Assembly: GCA_009836005.1 (NCBI GenBank)
Contig: VXWG01000010.1
Span: forward strand, 69,675-133,674
Direction: 5' to 3'
DNA length: 64,000 nucleotides
DNA from: Candidatus Palauibacter irciniicola
GTDB taxonomy: Bacteria; Gemmatimonadota; Gemmatimonadetes; Palauibacterales; Palauibacteraceae
Shown here piece by piece: positions 19,552 to 29,157 of the stretch (the stretch's first letter is position 1; every line of letters starts with the position of its first letter). The translations under genes and the position numbers were made by a program. The notes below the pieces were generated by a model that made no database searches, was not told the origin of the DNA, and saw only the letters and a list, made by a program, of their open reading frames with translations.

Positions 19552-20355
19552 ATGTCGTTATTCAGCAAATACACCGGAGCCGGCAACGACTTCGTGATCG
19601 TCCGCGGCGAAGAACTGGGGCTCCGGGATGCGGGGGCCCTGGCCGCCGCGTTGTGTCCCCGCGCGACGGGCGTCGGCGTGGACGGGTTGATTACGGTCCG
19701 GAGCCTGAGCGAAGAGGTCGTCCGCCTCCGGTTCTTCAATCGCGACGGCTCCGAGTTTTCCACCTGCGGGAACGGGTCGCGCTGCGCGGCGCGCTACGCG
19801 GTGGACCGGGGACTCGTACCTCCCGATCACATCCTCGTGACGGACGACGGTGAGATCCTGGCGCGGGTGCGCGAGGACGGCGTGGCGCTGGAATATGCGC
19901 TCGACGCCCGCGTGGAACGCGAGTTGCGTGCGGCCCTCGGAACCGGGAAGGGGCGGGAACGGGACGCCTGGCTGGTGCGGATGGGGACGGGGCACCTCGT
20001 GATCCCCGTCCGGTCCGTGGACGTGGAGGACTTCGACGACCTCTGCCGACCCCTGCGGTGGCGGGAGGATCTCGGTCCGGGAGGGGCGAACGTGCACCTT
20101 GTCGCCCGCGACGGAGGGATGGTGCTCATCCGCACCTTCGAACGGGGCGTGGAGGGGGAGACGCTCGCCTGCGGCAGCGGCTGCATGGCGGCCGCGTTCG
20201 CGCTCCGGGCCGCGGGCGAGGCGGGGGACCGGGTCGAGTTCCTCGTGCGGTCCGGGGCCGCGTTGACGGTGGAGTTCCTCGAGGCGGGGCGGATCCGGCT
20301 CAGCGGCCCGGCGGTGTTCATCTTCGATGGCGTCTTCCCCGAAGCCGCGCGCTGA
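19552..20355 (+). CDS. dapF: diaminopimelate epimerase
   Basis: Both active-site Cys motifs are present (TGAGNDFVIV....FFNRDGSEFSTCGNGSRCAARY and ETLACGSGCMAAA). Confidence 0.9.
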   Translation: MSLFSKYTGAGNDFVIVRGEELGLRDAGALAAALCPRATGVGVDGLITVRSLSEEVVRLRFFNRDGSEFSTCGNGSRCAARYAVDRGLVPPDHILVTDDGEILARVREDGVALEYALDARVERELRAALGTGKGRERDAWLVRMGTGHLVIPVRSVDVEDFDDLCRPLRWREDLGPGGANVHLVARDGGMVLIRTFERGVEGETLACGSGCMAAAFALRAAGEAGDRVEFLVRSGAALTVEFLEAGRIRLSGPAVFIFDGVFPEAAR

Positions 20356-21409
20356 CCCCGGGGCGTCCGCGGTGGCGGCGCCGCTGCTGGAATGGTTCGA
20401 CGCGCGGCGGCGGGACGCCGTCGCCTGGCGCGGAGAGCGGGACCCCTACGCGATCCTCGTGGCCGAAGTCATGACGCAGCAGACGCGCGTGGAGACGGCG
20501 GCGCCGTACCATCGGCGGTTCATGGATCGCTTTCCCGACGTTCGGACGCTCGCGGAAGCGGAGGAGGACGAGGTCCTCGGCCTCTGGGAGGGATTGGGGT
20601 ACTACGCGCGGGCCCGCAACCTGCGGCGGGCGGCGCGGCGCGTGGTGTCGGAGTACGGCGGCCGGATCCCGGGGGCGGTGTCGGAGCTGCGGACCCTCCC
20701 GGGGGTGGGCCCGTATACGGCGGGCGCCGTCGCCAGCGTCGCCTTCGGGCTGCCGGAACCCGCGGTCGATGGGAACGCCCGCCGCGTTCTGTCGCGCCTG
20801 GGCGATCTCGAGACGGCCTCTCCCTCCGAGCTCGACCGGGCCGCGCGAACCCTTCTCGGCGAAGCCCCGGAGCGGCCGGGCGATGTGAACCAGGCGCTGA
20901 TGGACCTCGGGAGCACGGTCTGTACGCCGCGCCGTCCGCGGTGCGGAGCGTGCCCGCTATCGAATCGGTGTCTGGCGCGGCTTCGGGGCACGGTCGGGCA
21001 GCGGCCGCCGCTGAAGAGGCGCGCTCGATGCCCCGAGCGGGTCGAGGCGGCGGCCGTGGTCCGCCGCGGCCGACGGGTGCTGGTGCTGCGGCGGCCGTCG
21101 GACGGGCTCCTCGGCGGCCTGTGGGATTTCCCCTCCGTCCGGCTGTCCTCGCCGACTCCGCCCGCGGCGGCGCTCACGAGCGCCCTCCGGGAACGGTTCG
21201 GCCTCGACTGTCGGGTGGGTGAGGAGATTCGCGTCCTGCGGCACACGTTCAGCCACTTCCGTCTGCGGCTCGCGGTGCACTGGGCCTGTTGGCGATCCGG
21301 TGAGGTCGAGCAGCGGCGGCATCGCTGGGTGGGCGCCGGGGAGTTCGGCGATCTCGCGTTTCCCGCCTATCTCCGACGGCTGATCGACGAGGACGTCTCT
21401 CCAATATAG
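20327..21409 (+). CDS. mutY: A/G-specific adenine DNA glycosylase
   Basis: HhH-GPD core (VAEVMTQQTRVETAAPYHRRFMDRFPDVRTLAEA; LPGVGPYTAGAVASVAFG) with a 4Fe-4S Cys cluster CTPRRPRCGACPLSNRC and a C-terminal NUDIX-like domain. The start overlaps the dapF 3' end; GTG alternatives exist. Confidence 0.85.
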   Translation: MASSPKPRADPGASAVAAPLLEWFDARRRDAVAWRGERDPYAILVAEVMTQQTRVETAAPYHRRFMDRFPDVRTLAEAEEDEVLGLWEGLGYYARARNLRRAARRVVSEYGGRIPGAVSELRTLPGVGPYTAGAVASVAFGLPEPAVDGNARRVLSRLGDLETASPSELDRAARTLLGEAPERPGDVNQALMDLGSTVCTPRRPRCGACPLSNRCLARLRGTVGQRPPLKRRARCPERVEAAAVVRRGRRVLVLRRPSDGLLGGLWDFPSVRLSSPTPPAAALTSALRERFGLDCRVGEEIRVLRHTFSHFRLRLAVHWACWRSGEVEQRRHRWVGAGEFGDLAFPAYLRRLIDEDVSPI

Positions 21410-22125
21410 GCGAGGTAGGCGCGGAGCGTGAGGTCCGCCGCCGCGTGGTGCGAGACGGGAAGATCCCCGTAGACCGCGGCCCGGATCCCTTCCGGAGTCC
21501 GGGCGCCGGCCTCCAGCGCCCGCCGGACCGACGCCACGCGTCGGAGCCGGTGCGCGCGGCATTCTTCGAGGCGTGCGAGCGCGTCCTCGACCGGGGGGCC
21601 GTGTCCCGGCAGCAGGCGTTCGGGACGGAGGGCCGCGAGGCGCGCGAGACTCGCGAGGTAGGCCCCCACGGACCCGTCCGGGTGCGCGATCATGGTACTC
21701 CCTTCTCCGAGCACGAGGTCGCCCGTAAAGAGGGTGCGCGAGCGTTCGAGCAGGTAGCAGAGGTGGTCGGCGGAATGACCGGGCGTCGCGATCGCCCTCA
21801 GGCGGAACCCCTCTCCGGGCTCCAGCGCTTCGTCATCCGCCAGCGCGCGGCCCGCCGACCCCACGCGGTCGAGGGTGGCGGCCGAGGCGCGGAGTTCTCC
21901 CCAGCGGGCGGCGGCGTCCGCCGCGGCCGCCGAGTGGTCCGCGTGCGCATGCGTCAGACAGACGGCCGCCACGGGCCTTCCGGCGATCACGTCATCGACG
22001 CGGCCGAGGTGCGCTTCGTCGTGCGGTCCGGGGTCGAGAACGATCAGCGGCCCGGTCCCGATCACGTAGGTCTGCGTCCCCGCCAGGGTGAGTGGCCCCG
22101 GGTTGTCCGCGCGAACCGCGGTCAC
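21367..22125 (-). CDS. MBL-fold metallo-hydrolase (glyoxalase II / hydroxyacylglutathione hydrolase-like)
   Basis: 252 aa from GTG at 22125, with THAHADH and HTPGHSADH-type metal-binding motifs. Its 3' end overlaps the mutY 3' end by 43 nt (convergent). The 443-aa ORF upstream extension is Arg-rich and spurious. Confidence 0.7.
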   Translation of the reverse strand: MTAVRADNPGPLTLAGTQTYVIGTGPLIVLDPGPHDEAHLGRVDDVIAGRPVAAVCLTHAHADHSAAAADAAARWGELRASAATLDRVGSAGRALADDEALEPGEGFRLRAIATPGHSADHLCYLLERSRTLFTGDLVLGEGSTMIAHPDGSVGAYLASLARLAALRPERLLPGHGPPVEDALARLEECRAHRLRRVASVRRALEAGARTPEGIRAAVYGDLPVSHHAAADLTLRAYLAYIGETSSSISRRR

Positions 22126-22172
22126 GCCCGGGCCGGGCCGGGAGACGTGCTTCCGGGACGCGACGCCGGCGG

Positions 22173-22892
22173 TCACCGGACTTCGTCGTATCCCGGGTCC
22201 CCGGGCGCGAGCGGCGTCACCCCATCCTCGCCGACGCCGAGCCGGACCAGCGCGGGTTCCACCTGCACATCGCTCAGCGCCGCCATGGCCTCCTCGACCG
22301 ACCGGAAGCCGGCGAGGCGCTCGATCGTCCTTGCCGTCGGGAACATCATGGGCAGCCGGCCGGCGGAGAAGCGTCGGAGGGCCGCGGCGGGCGTCGTCCA
22401 GATGGCCGCCTCGTGTTCCGGCGTGAGACGCACGCGACGCGGCCGCTCCTCCAGCGAGAGGAGGAAGAAACGGGTGTCGAACCGCAGCGCCGCACCGCGC
22501 GGTGTGATCCAGCGTGCGAAGTACGCCATGCGCGCGGACGAAAAGTCGAGTTCGAGCCGCTCCGCCACCTGCGAGAAGGGGATGCTCTCCGCGAGCAACG
22601 CCCGGCGAGCCCCGGCGAGCGCGTCCGATCCGACGCGGCCCCGCGACGCCGGCACGATGCCCGTCTCCTCGAACAGTTCCCGCAGCGCCGCCACGCACGC
22701 CGCGGATTCACCTACGCCCGGGAGACGGTCCGCCCAGGTTGCGCGGGCGTCATCCGCGTCGATCGCTCCTCCCGGAAACGCCCACGCCCCGGCTCCGAAC
22801 CTGGCGTCCGCGGGGCGCTGAAGCAGGAGGAAATCCAGCCCGGTGCGCGCCTGGGTCGCGACGACGACCGTGGCGGCAGGCCGTGGAATCAA
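22173..22892 (-). CDS. NUDIX hydrolase (CoA pyrophosphatase-like)
   Basis: It carries a NUDIX box (GAWAFPGGAIDADDARATWADRLPGVGESAACVAALRELFEETGI). A TTG start at 22892 overlaps the TGA of the upstream membrane-protein gene (TTGA). Confidence 0.65.
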   Translation of the reverse strand: MIPRPAATVVVATQARTGLDFLLLQRPADARFGAGAWAFPGGAIDADDARATWADRLPGVGESAACVAALRELFEETGIVPASRGRVGSDALAGARRALLAESIPFSQVAERLELDFSSARMAYFARWITPRGAALRFDTRFFLLSLEERPRRVRLTPEHEAAIWTTPAAALRRFSAGRLPMMFPTARTIERLAGFRSVEEAMAALSDVQVEPALVRLGVGEDGVTPLAPGDPGYDEVR

Positions 22893-23458
22893 ACTCCGCT
22901 TGCCACGCGGGCGATGACGAGCAGGATCCCCAGCAGGACGAAGGCGATCGGCAGGGCGGCCGCAAGCAGCCATGCCGCGAAGGCTCTTCCGGTCGTGGTC
23001 CGGTGCGCTTCCCGCAGGCCGATCACGGTCAGCACGATTCCCCAGATGCCCGCCACCCAGCCGCCGATGAACGGGACGATGGCGAACACGCCGGGGCCGC
23101 AGGCATAGCAGATGGTGCGAACGGTTGCCGTGATGCTTCGACGCCGGGGGACCAGCACCAGCACGAACACATGGAGGACCAGGCTCGCGATGATGAGGTA
23201 CAGCACCGCCCATAAGGGGGCGAGGAAGAAGTCCGCGAGCCTGCCGATGGCGCCGGCTGTTCCCGCCCCTGCCGGCAGGGCGACGTTCATGATCTCGGCG
23301 AGCGTCTCGACGAAGCCCGCTTGCGTCGCCGGCAGCAACGCACCCCAGGTCAGCGAGAGCGCGGCTGTGAGAACGCTGATCACCAGATAGTAGAGGACCG
23401 GGCGCACCGCGGCGTGCTCGAAGGGCCCGTCGGCGAAGAAGGCGCCGGGCTCGAACAC
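22889..23458 (-). CDS. integral membrane protein (Yip1-like, 5 transmembrane segments)
   Basis: 189 aa, strongly hydrophobic, with normal amino-acid composition in contrast to the overlapping frames. Confidence 0.55.
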   Translation of the reverse strand: MFEPGAFFADGPFEHAAVRPVLYYLVISVLTAALSLTWGALLPATQAGFVETLAEIMNVALPAGAGTAGAIGRLADFFLAPLWAVLYLIIASLVLHVFVLVLVPRRRSITATVRTICYACGPGVFAIVPFIGGWVAGIWGIVLTVIGLREAHRTTTGRAFAAWLLAAALPIAFVLLGILLVIARVASGV

Positions 23459-23605
23459 GCTCCGGCGCTACGTCTCGACCAGGTTGAGCGGGAAGGATAC
23501 CGCCGGATCCTCCCATGCGGGCAGGTTGACTTCTCCCATGCCTTCGTCGCTACCGGCCCGCTCCTGGTCGGCTATCGCCACATCCTCTCCACTTCGCGTC
23601 TGGAC

Positions 23606-24733
23606 TCAGTCGAGGATGCGCAGCGGCATGACAAGGCAGAGATAGTCGGGTTCGCCGCTCGCGGGAGAGAAGGTCGCCGCTCGTTCCGGCGCCTTGAACG
23701 TCATTCGAACATCCTCCTCCGGCATGTGACGCAGTACCTCGAGGAGGTACGTCGCATTGAAACCGATCTGGATGTCCTCGCCCTCGTAGTCCAGCGACAG
23801 CGCGTCCTCCGCCTCCCCGAGATCCGGCGTCTGAACCTTGAAACCGAGATCGCCGGCCTTGAAGGAAAGCCGTACCCGCCTCGTCGAGTCATCCGCCATC
23901 ACCGCGACGCGCCGCACCGCCGTCTCGAGCGCCGCGCGGTTCACGGTCGCGACCTTGTCGTTGTCCTTCGGGATGACCTGTTCGTAGTTCGGATACGGCC
24001 CCTCGATGAGCGAAGTGAAGACCTCCCGATCCTCTGACCGGAATGCCAGGTGGTTCTCCGAGCGCGCGACCTGAAGCACCGTGTCGGCCGAATACAGCTT
24101 CTGCACCTGGTTCAGTGCCTTCGGCGGAATGATGAGATCCGCCTCCGCCGGCGACCCGCTGACGTCCAGTTCGCATGACATCTTCGCGAGCCGGTGGCCG
24201 TTTGTCGCGACCATGACGGTCGCCGCTTCACGCAACTGCCACAGGATTCCGTTCAGAATCGGGCGGCTGTCCTCCGTGGAAACGGCGAAGCTCGTGCGCT
24301 CGATCAGCGTCTGCAGCTCGCCGGCGGACATCTCCCAGCCGCCGGCGAAGTCGACATCCGGGAAGTCCGGGAACTCGTCCGGGGCCTGCCCGTAGAGGCG
24401 GAACTTGCTCCTGCCGCACTCGATGTCCACTCCGGTCGCGGACGCGTCGCCATCGCCACCGGCAGCCGCGAACTTCACCGGCGCGTCGTCGAGCACGCGC
24501 GAGATCTCCAGGAGTTGTCTTGCGGGCAGCGCAACGACCCCGGCTTCCGAGACTTCGGCTGCCACGGACAACGAGACGAAGATGGACATGTCCGTGCCAC
24601 TCAGCCGCACGGCATCGTCCTCCGCATGGATCAGGATGTTCGAGAGAACCGGGAGCGCGGCTCGCGTCGGGACGGCGGCGGCGCTCGCCGCCAGCCCCTG
24701 CTGAAGCGCCTCTCGGGTGATCGAGAATCTCAT
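23606..24733 (-). CDS. dnaN: DNA polymerase III beta sliding clamp
   Basis: 375 aa. The N-terminus MRFSITREALQQGLAASAAAVPTRAALPVLSNILI is canonical for DnaN. It lies immediately downstream of dnaA. Confidence 0.95.
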   Translation of the reverse strand: MRFSITREALQQGLAASAAAVPTRAALPVLSNILIHAEDDAVRLSGTDMSIFVSLSVAAEVSEAGVVALPARQLLEISRVLDDAPVKFAAAGGDGDASATGVDIECGRSKFRLYGQAPDEFPDFPDVDFAGGWEMSAGELQTLIERTSFAVSTEDSRPILNGILWQLREAATVMVATNGHRLAKMSCELDVSGSPAEADLIIPPKALNQVQKLYSADTVLQVARSENHLAFRSEDREVFTSLIEGPYPNYEQVIPKDNDKVATVNRAALETAVRRVAVMADDSTRRVRLSFKAGDLGFKVQTPDLGEAEDALSLDYEGEDIQIGFNATYLLEVLRHMPEEDVRMTFKAPERAATFSPASGEPDYLCLVMPLRILD

Positions 24734-25015
24734 TTCAACTCCGGCGATATCGGTTCGGGTTTTCCACCGTGGGTTCTACGGTTGCGTATGATATGTGTCT
24801 CAACGGAGTAGTAGTAGAGCCTGTCGAAGTGTCGAAAACTCGGGGTTCCCCGTGTTTCTCGCCGCCTGGGACGCCGCGCCCGCTGTCGACACGCCGACAC
24901 GGTTGTCGAAGCTCCGGCGAAACCCTGGCGCCGCGGCGGAGACCCGGCGCCCGAGGGTGTGCGCGAGCAGCAACTCTTCGTCCGATTTTGCACACGTTAA
25001 TGGACGAACGCGACA

Positions 25016-26398
25016 TCAGGTTCGAAACAGCTCTTGCTGCAGCTGGCCGACGCGTCCGCGAAGGGTGGGGTCGGAGGCCATGTCCGCCTCGACCTTGTTG
25101 ACGGAGTGGATGACGGTCGAGTGATTCCGGCCGCCGAAGAGGTGGCCGATGTCGGAATAGGGCAGGTCCAGATGCATCTTGATGAGGTACATGGCGACCT
25201 GCCGGGGCACCGTCACGGTGCGGTTCCGCCTTTTCGACGTGAGTGCTTCCACGGAGACGCCCCAGGAGGCGGCGATGCGGGCACGGACTTCCTCCGCGGA
25301 CACTTCGATCACGTGCTCGTCCGCCTCGTTGCCTTCGGGCCCCAGTGCGTCGCGCGCCATGTCGAGCGATATCTCGCGTCGCGTGAGCGAACTGAAGGCG
25401 AGGAGCTTGATGAGAGCCCCCTCGAGTTGCCGGACCGAGGTACGCCGACTCCGCGCCACGTACTCGATGACATCGTCTCCGATTTCGATCCCGTCCTCAT
25501 CGGCCTTCTTGCGCAGGATGGCGGAACGCGTCTCCAGGTCGGGGGGCTGGATGTCGGTGACGAGACCCCACTCGAAACGGGAAACGAGACGTTCCTGGAG
25601 CCCGGGGATGTCCTGCGGGGGCCGGTCGCTCGTGATGACGATCTGCTTCTTGGCGTCGTAGAGCGCGTTGAACGTGTGGAAGAACTCCTCCTGCGTCCCT
25701 TCCTTGTTGGCGATGAAGTGGACGTCGTCGATGAGCAGCACATCGATACGGCGATATCGTTCGCGGAAGAGGGCAGTCTGCCCGGTCCGGATCGCGTCGA
25801 TCATCTCGTTGGTGAACTGCTCCGAGGGGACGTAGGCGACCTGGCAGTCCGGGAGGCGGTCGAGAATCGTGTTTCCGATCGCGTGCATCAGGTGTGTCTT
25901 GCCGAGACCGGTGCCGCCCCAGATGAAGAGCGGGTTGTACGTGGTGGCGGGCGCGGCCGCCACGCGGTCGGATGCCGCGGCGGCGAGTTCGTTGCTGCCG
26001 CCAATGACGAAGCGCGCAAAGGTGTAGCGTTCGTTCAGCGCCGCGGCCGCCGGAAGGCCTCCGCGATTCGGCGTCTGCGCGGCCAGCGCGTGACCGGGGT
26101 CTCCGGGGTAGGGTTCGGTGATTTCCGGGAAGTCGAGACGTTCCTCGGCTCCCTTGTGCTCGAAGCGGAGCCGGAGCCGCGCGCCGAGCTCTCGCTCGGA
26201 GATGTCCCGCAGGAGAGTTCCGTATTTGTCCTCGACCCATTCGACGGCGAACCTCGTGGGCGCGGACACGACGAGCGTATCGTCGGAAAGGGAAACGGCC
26301 TCGGTCGATCCGAGCCAGGTACGGTAGGTCTGCTCCGGGAGCACGAGCTTCGCCGACGCGCGAATCTTGATCCAGGCCTCGTGTGCAGTCAGCTCCAT
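25016..26398 (-). CDS. dnaA: chromosomal replication initiator protein DnaA
   Basis: Walker A GGTGLGKTHLMHAIGN, Walker B DVLLIDDVHF and the C-terminal DNA-binding helix-turn-helix RQVAMYLIKMHLDLPYSDIGHLFGGRNHSTVIHS are all present. Confidence 0.97.
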   Translation of the reverse strand: MELTAHEAWIKIRASAKLVLPEQTYRTWLGSTEAVSLSDDTLVVSAPTRFAVEWVEDKYGTLLRDISERELGARLRLRFEHKGAEERLDFPEITEPYPGDPGHALAAQTPNRGGLPAAAALNERYTFARFVIGGSNELAAAASDRVAAAPATTYNPLFIWGGTGLGKTHLMHAIGNTILDRLPDCQVAYVPSEQFTNEMIDAIRTGQTALFRERYRRIDVLLIDDVHFIANKEGTQEEFFHTFNALYDAKKQIVITSDRPPQDIPGLQERLVSRFEWGLVTDIQPPDLETRSAILRKKADEDGIEIGDDVIEYVARSRRTSVRQLEGALIKLLAFSSLTRREISLDMARDALGPEGNEADEHVIEVSAEEVRARIAASWGVSVEALTSKRRNRTVTVPRQVAMYLIKMHLDLPYSDIGHLFGGRNHSTVIHSVNKVEADMASDPTLRGRVGQLQQELFRT

Positions 26399-26552
26399 CC
26401 GTGACGCCCGGCATGAGAAAAAAGACGGTGGGATCGGGGCCCTGATCTTAGGCGAATCCGCCGGCGAGTGTCAACGACGGGAACCGCTCCGCGACGCGGG
26501 CGGGCGGATCGCGGGAAAGGAGGGGCGCGCAGTCCGGTGGGGACGGGCCGAA

Positions 26553-26581
26553 TTGACACTATCCCGCATCAGGTCTAGACT
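26553..26581 (+). promoter_or_regulatory. sigma70-like promoter candidate for rpmH (TTGACA -17 nt- TAGACT)
   Basis: A perfect -35 hexamer at 26553-26558, a 17-nt spacer, and TAGACT at 26576-26581, about 55 nt upstream of the rpmH ATG. Confidence 0.4.
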
Positions 26582-26636
26582 TCCGGGCTGACCTCGAAAG
26601 CCTGTGAGATGACCGGAAAGCCTCGGGTGATGTGAG

Positions 26637-26810
26637 ATGGGGAAGCCCACATACAGCAAGACAACCAACAGGAAGCGCGTTCGCGATCATGGATTCCGGG
26701 CGCGCATGAAGACGAAGGCGGGCCGCCGCACGCTGTCGCGCCGCAGAAGGAAGGGTCGACGTCGGCTCACCGTCAGTGACGCGTTCCGTCGCAAGCGACG
26801 AAGCCGCTAG
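26637..26810 (+). CDS. rpmH: 50S ribosomal protein L34
   Basis: Hand-translated 57 aa: [57 protein letters not shown], which carries the L34 signature HGFRARM...GRxxLxxRRxKGRxxL. It is absent from the ORF track, presumably because of a length cut-off. Confidence 0.9.
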   Translation: MGKPTYSKTTNRKRVRDHGFRARMKTKAGRRTLSRRRRKGRRRLTVSDAFRRKRRSR

Positions 26811-27180
26811 CGGGCCTCCGCCGGAAGGCTTTCGACGGCCTCGCGCGGCTCGGCTGCGCACAGCGCGGGAGATTCGCCAAACCATCCGTGCCGGCCGTCG
26901 CCGCCGCGGCCCCATCGTGGACGTGTTCGTCGCTCCGTCGCCCTCGGGCCGCTCCAGAGTCGGAGTCGTGACGCCTCGCCACGGTCGCGGCGCGGTCGCG
27001 CGAAACCTTGTCCGTCGGCGTCTGACCGAGATCGCCCGCATCGACGTATTGCCCGCCCTTGAAACCCGCAGGCTCGAACTGGACCTGGTCGTGAGAGCGA
27101 AACCGGCCGCCTACGACGCCTCGTATCAGAGGCTTCGAGTAACGTTGATGGATTCGCTGGAGGCCGTATGCGAAGAGTGA
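26776..27180 (+). CDS. rnpA: ribonuclease P protein component
   Basis: It has the RnpA basic motif ([27 protein letters not shown]...[23 protein letters not shown]). The start is uncertain: the ORF start overlaps rpmH by 35 nt and an internal start is possible. Confidence 0.8.
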   Translation: MTRSVASDEAASGPPPEGFRRPRAARLRTAREIRQTIRAGRRRRGPIVDVFVAPSPSGRSRVGVVTPRHGRGAVARNLVRRRLTEIARIDVLPALETRRLELDLVVRAKPAAYDASYQRLRVTLMDSLEAVCEE

Positions 27181-27389
27181 TCATCGGAGCGATTCGCGGC
27201 TACCAGCTCGTCGTTTCTCCCTGGTTGCCGCCCGCCTGCAGGTACGAGCCGAGCTGCTCGGAATACGCCCTGACCGCGGTGCGGCGCTTCGGCGCCGTGC
27301 GGGGCGGCTGGCTGGGCGTTCGGCGCCTGCTTCGCTGTCATCCCCTCGGGTCGTGCGGTTACGACCCGGTTCCCGCCCAGGAGCGCTGA
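27168..27389 (+). CDS. yidD: membrane protein insertion efficiency factor YidD
   Basis: 73 aa with the signature CRYEPSCSEYAL...HPLGSCGYDPVP. Confidence 0.9.
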   Translation: MRRVIIGAIRGYQLVVSPWLPPACRYEPSCSEYALTAVRRFGAVRGGWLGVRRLLRCHPLGSCGYDPVPAQER

Positions 27390-29108
27390 ATGGAGCGTCG
27401 TCTGCTTCTGGCCATCGCGCTGATGGTCGGCGTGATGATCCTCTCGAACGTGTTCTTCCCGCCGGCCGAGAGGCCCGTGGCGCCGGCGTCGGCCGACAGC
27501 GCGCAGACGCCGGAGACCGCGGACGCGGCGGATGAGCTGACCCGCCTTTCCGCGGAGGAACGAGCGGCGCAGGAGGTGGCGGCGGTGCTGGCCGAAGCGG
27601 AGGATACGCCCGCGGTTGCGGAGGAGACGGAGGAAACCGCTGCGGCCCGCGAGAGCTCGATCGTCACGGTCCGGTCGGAACTGTACGAGTACCGGTTCGA
27701 CACGCGGGGCGCGCGACTCGTGGGCGCGACGATGCTCGCGCACCGGAACTTCGCCGAGGGCGGACATGGCGGCCCCAACGTCGAACTGGTGCGGCCCGAC
27801 GATTCGATCCTGGCGTACGCGCTGACGCTGCGTGGCGACACGGTTTCCCTCGGGTCGATCGCCTTCACGGCGTCGACGTCCACGCTCGAGGTGCGGGATG
27901 GGCCCGCGGAACTGCGCTTCGAGGCCGCGATCGGAGAGGTCACATTCGATGTCTCGTATCGCTTCCACCCGGACGATTACCGCATCGACGTGAGCGGCGG
28001 GCTGCGCGGTCTGGGGGATGTGGGGCACGTCGTTCTCGTGGGCCTCGGCCGCGGGATCGAACGCAACGAGGCCGTGCCCCGGGAGGACCAGGCCGCGATG
28101 TCGCTCGTCACCCGGAGCCGCTCCGGGCAGATCGCGGCCGAGCGGCTGGACCGCGTGGACGACGGCGAGATGAGGCCGGCCTCCGGCGGTCCGTTCAGTT
28201 GGGCCGCATCGAAATCGAAGTACTGGCTGGCCGCCGTCGTCGCGCCGCCGGGAGGGCCGGGCATCGGGGGCGTGATGCTGCGGGGTGTGCCCGAGGAGGA
28301 GGCGGCGGAGATGCAGGCCGCGCTGCCGGTACCCGCCGGCAGCGCCGGCTTCGAGTACGTGGCCTACATCGGACCGCAGGACTTCGCGCGGCTGCAGGCC
28401 GTGGGGCAGGAACTCCACAATGTGAACCCCGTCGGCTGGCGCTGGCTCCGGTGGTTTACCCGACCGTTCGGGAACCTGATCGTCGCGATCCTGATCTGGA
28501 TGCACGAGTCGTTCTCGCTGGCGTACGGCTGGGTCCTGATCCTGTTCGGCGTCGGGTCGCGGATCATCCTGTCGCCGCTGTTCCACATCTCGGGCCGCGC
28601 ACAGATGAAGCAGATGGCGCTGCAGCCGGAGATCAAGAAGCTGCAGGAGCGTTACAAGGGCGACCCGCAGCGCCTGCAGCAGGAGCAGATGAAGCTCTTT
28701 CGGGAACACGGGGTCAACCCGCTGGGCGGCTGTCTGCCCATGTTTCTGCCGCTCCCGATTCTGATCACCCTCTTCTTCGTGTTCCAGAACACGATCGAGT
28801 TCCGCGGCGTGCCCTTCCTGTGGCTGCTGGATCTCTCCCTCAGGGATCCCCTCTTCATCGTGCCCATCCTGATGGGCGGATCGATGCTGCTGCTGAACTG
28901 GATCACGCAGCGGGGCATGCAGACGAACGCGCAGATGAAGATGATATCCTACGTGTTGCCGGTCGTCTTCACCTTCTTCTTCGCCAACTTCGCGGCCGGG
29001 CTGAACCTGTACTACACGGCCTCCAACGTCATGTCGCTGCCGCAGCAGATGTACCTCTCCCGGGAACGCAGGAAGGCACAGCCGGCGCCCTCCCGACAGA
29101 AGGAGTAG
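27390..29108 (+). CDS. yidC: membrane protein insertase YidC
   Basis: 572 aa with an N-terminal transmembrane segment, a large periplasmic domain, and the C-terminal 60Kd_IMP core (SPLFHISGRAQMKQMALQPEIKKLQERYKGDPQRLQQEQMKLFREHGVNPLGGCLPMFLPLPILITLFFVF). Confidence 0.95.
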   Translation: MERRLLLAIALMVGVMILSNVFFPPAERPVAPASADSAQTPETADAADELTRLSAEERAAQEVAAVLAEAEDTPAVAEETEETAAARESSIVTVRSELYEYRFDTRGARLVGATMLAHRNFAEGGHGGPNVELVRPDDSILAYALTLRGDTVSLGSIAFTASTSTLEVRDGPAELRFEAAIGEVTFDVSYRFHPDDYRIDVSGGLRGLGDVGHVVLVGLGRGIERNEAVPREDQAAMSLVTRSRSGQIAAERLDRVDDGEMRPASGGPFSWAASKSKYWLAAVVAPPGGPGIGGVMLRGVPEEEAAEMQAALPVPAGSAGFEYVAYIGPQDFARLQAVGQELHNVNPVGWRWLRWFTRPFGNLIVAILIWMHESFSLAYGWVLILFGVGSRIILSPLFHISGRAQMKQMALQPEIKKLQERYKGDPQRLQQEQMKLFREHGVNPLGGCLPMFLPLPILITLFFVFQNTIEFRGVPFLWLLDLSLRDPLFIVPILMGGSMLLLNWITQRGMQTNAQMKMISYVLPVVFTFFFANFAAGLNLYYTASNVMSLPQQMYLSRERRKAQPAPSRQKE

Positions 29109-29157
29109 CGGTTCGGGGACGACTGGCGCCGTCGACCGCCGGCGAGGCGCCGCCTCG

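Noticed and set aside
22889-22973. Met-182 start (22973) for the NUDIX gene
   Set aside because: It would place the start 85 nt inside the upstream membrane-protein gene. A TTG overlapping that gene's stop (22892) gives a NUDIX protein of normal length.
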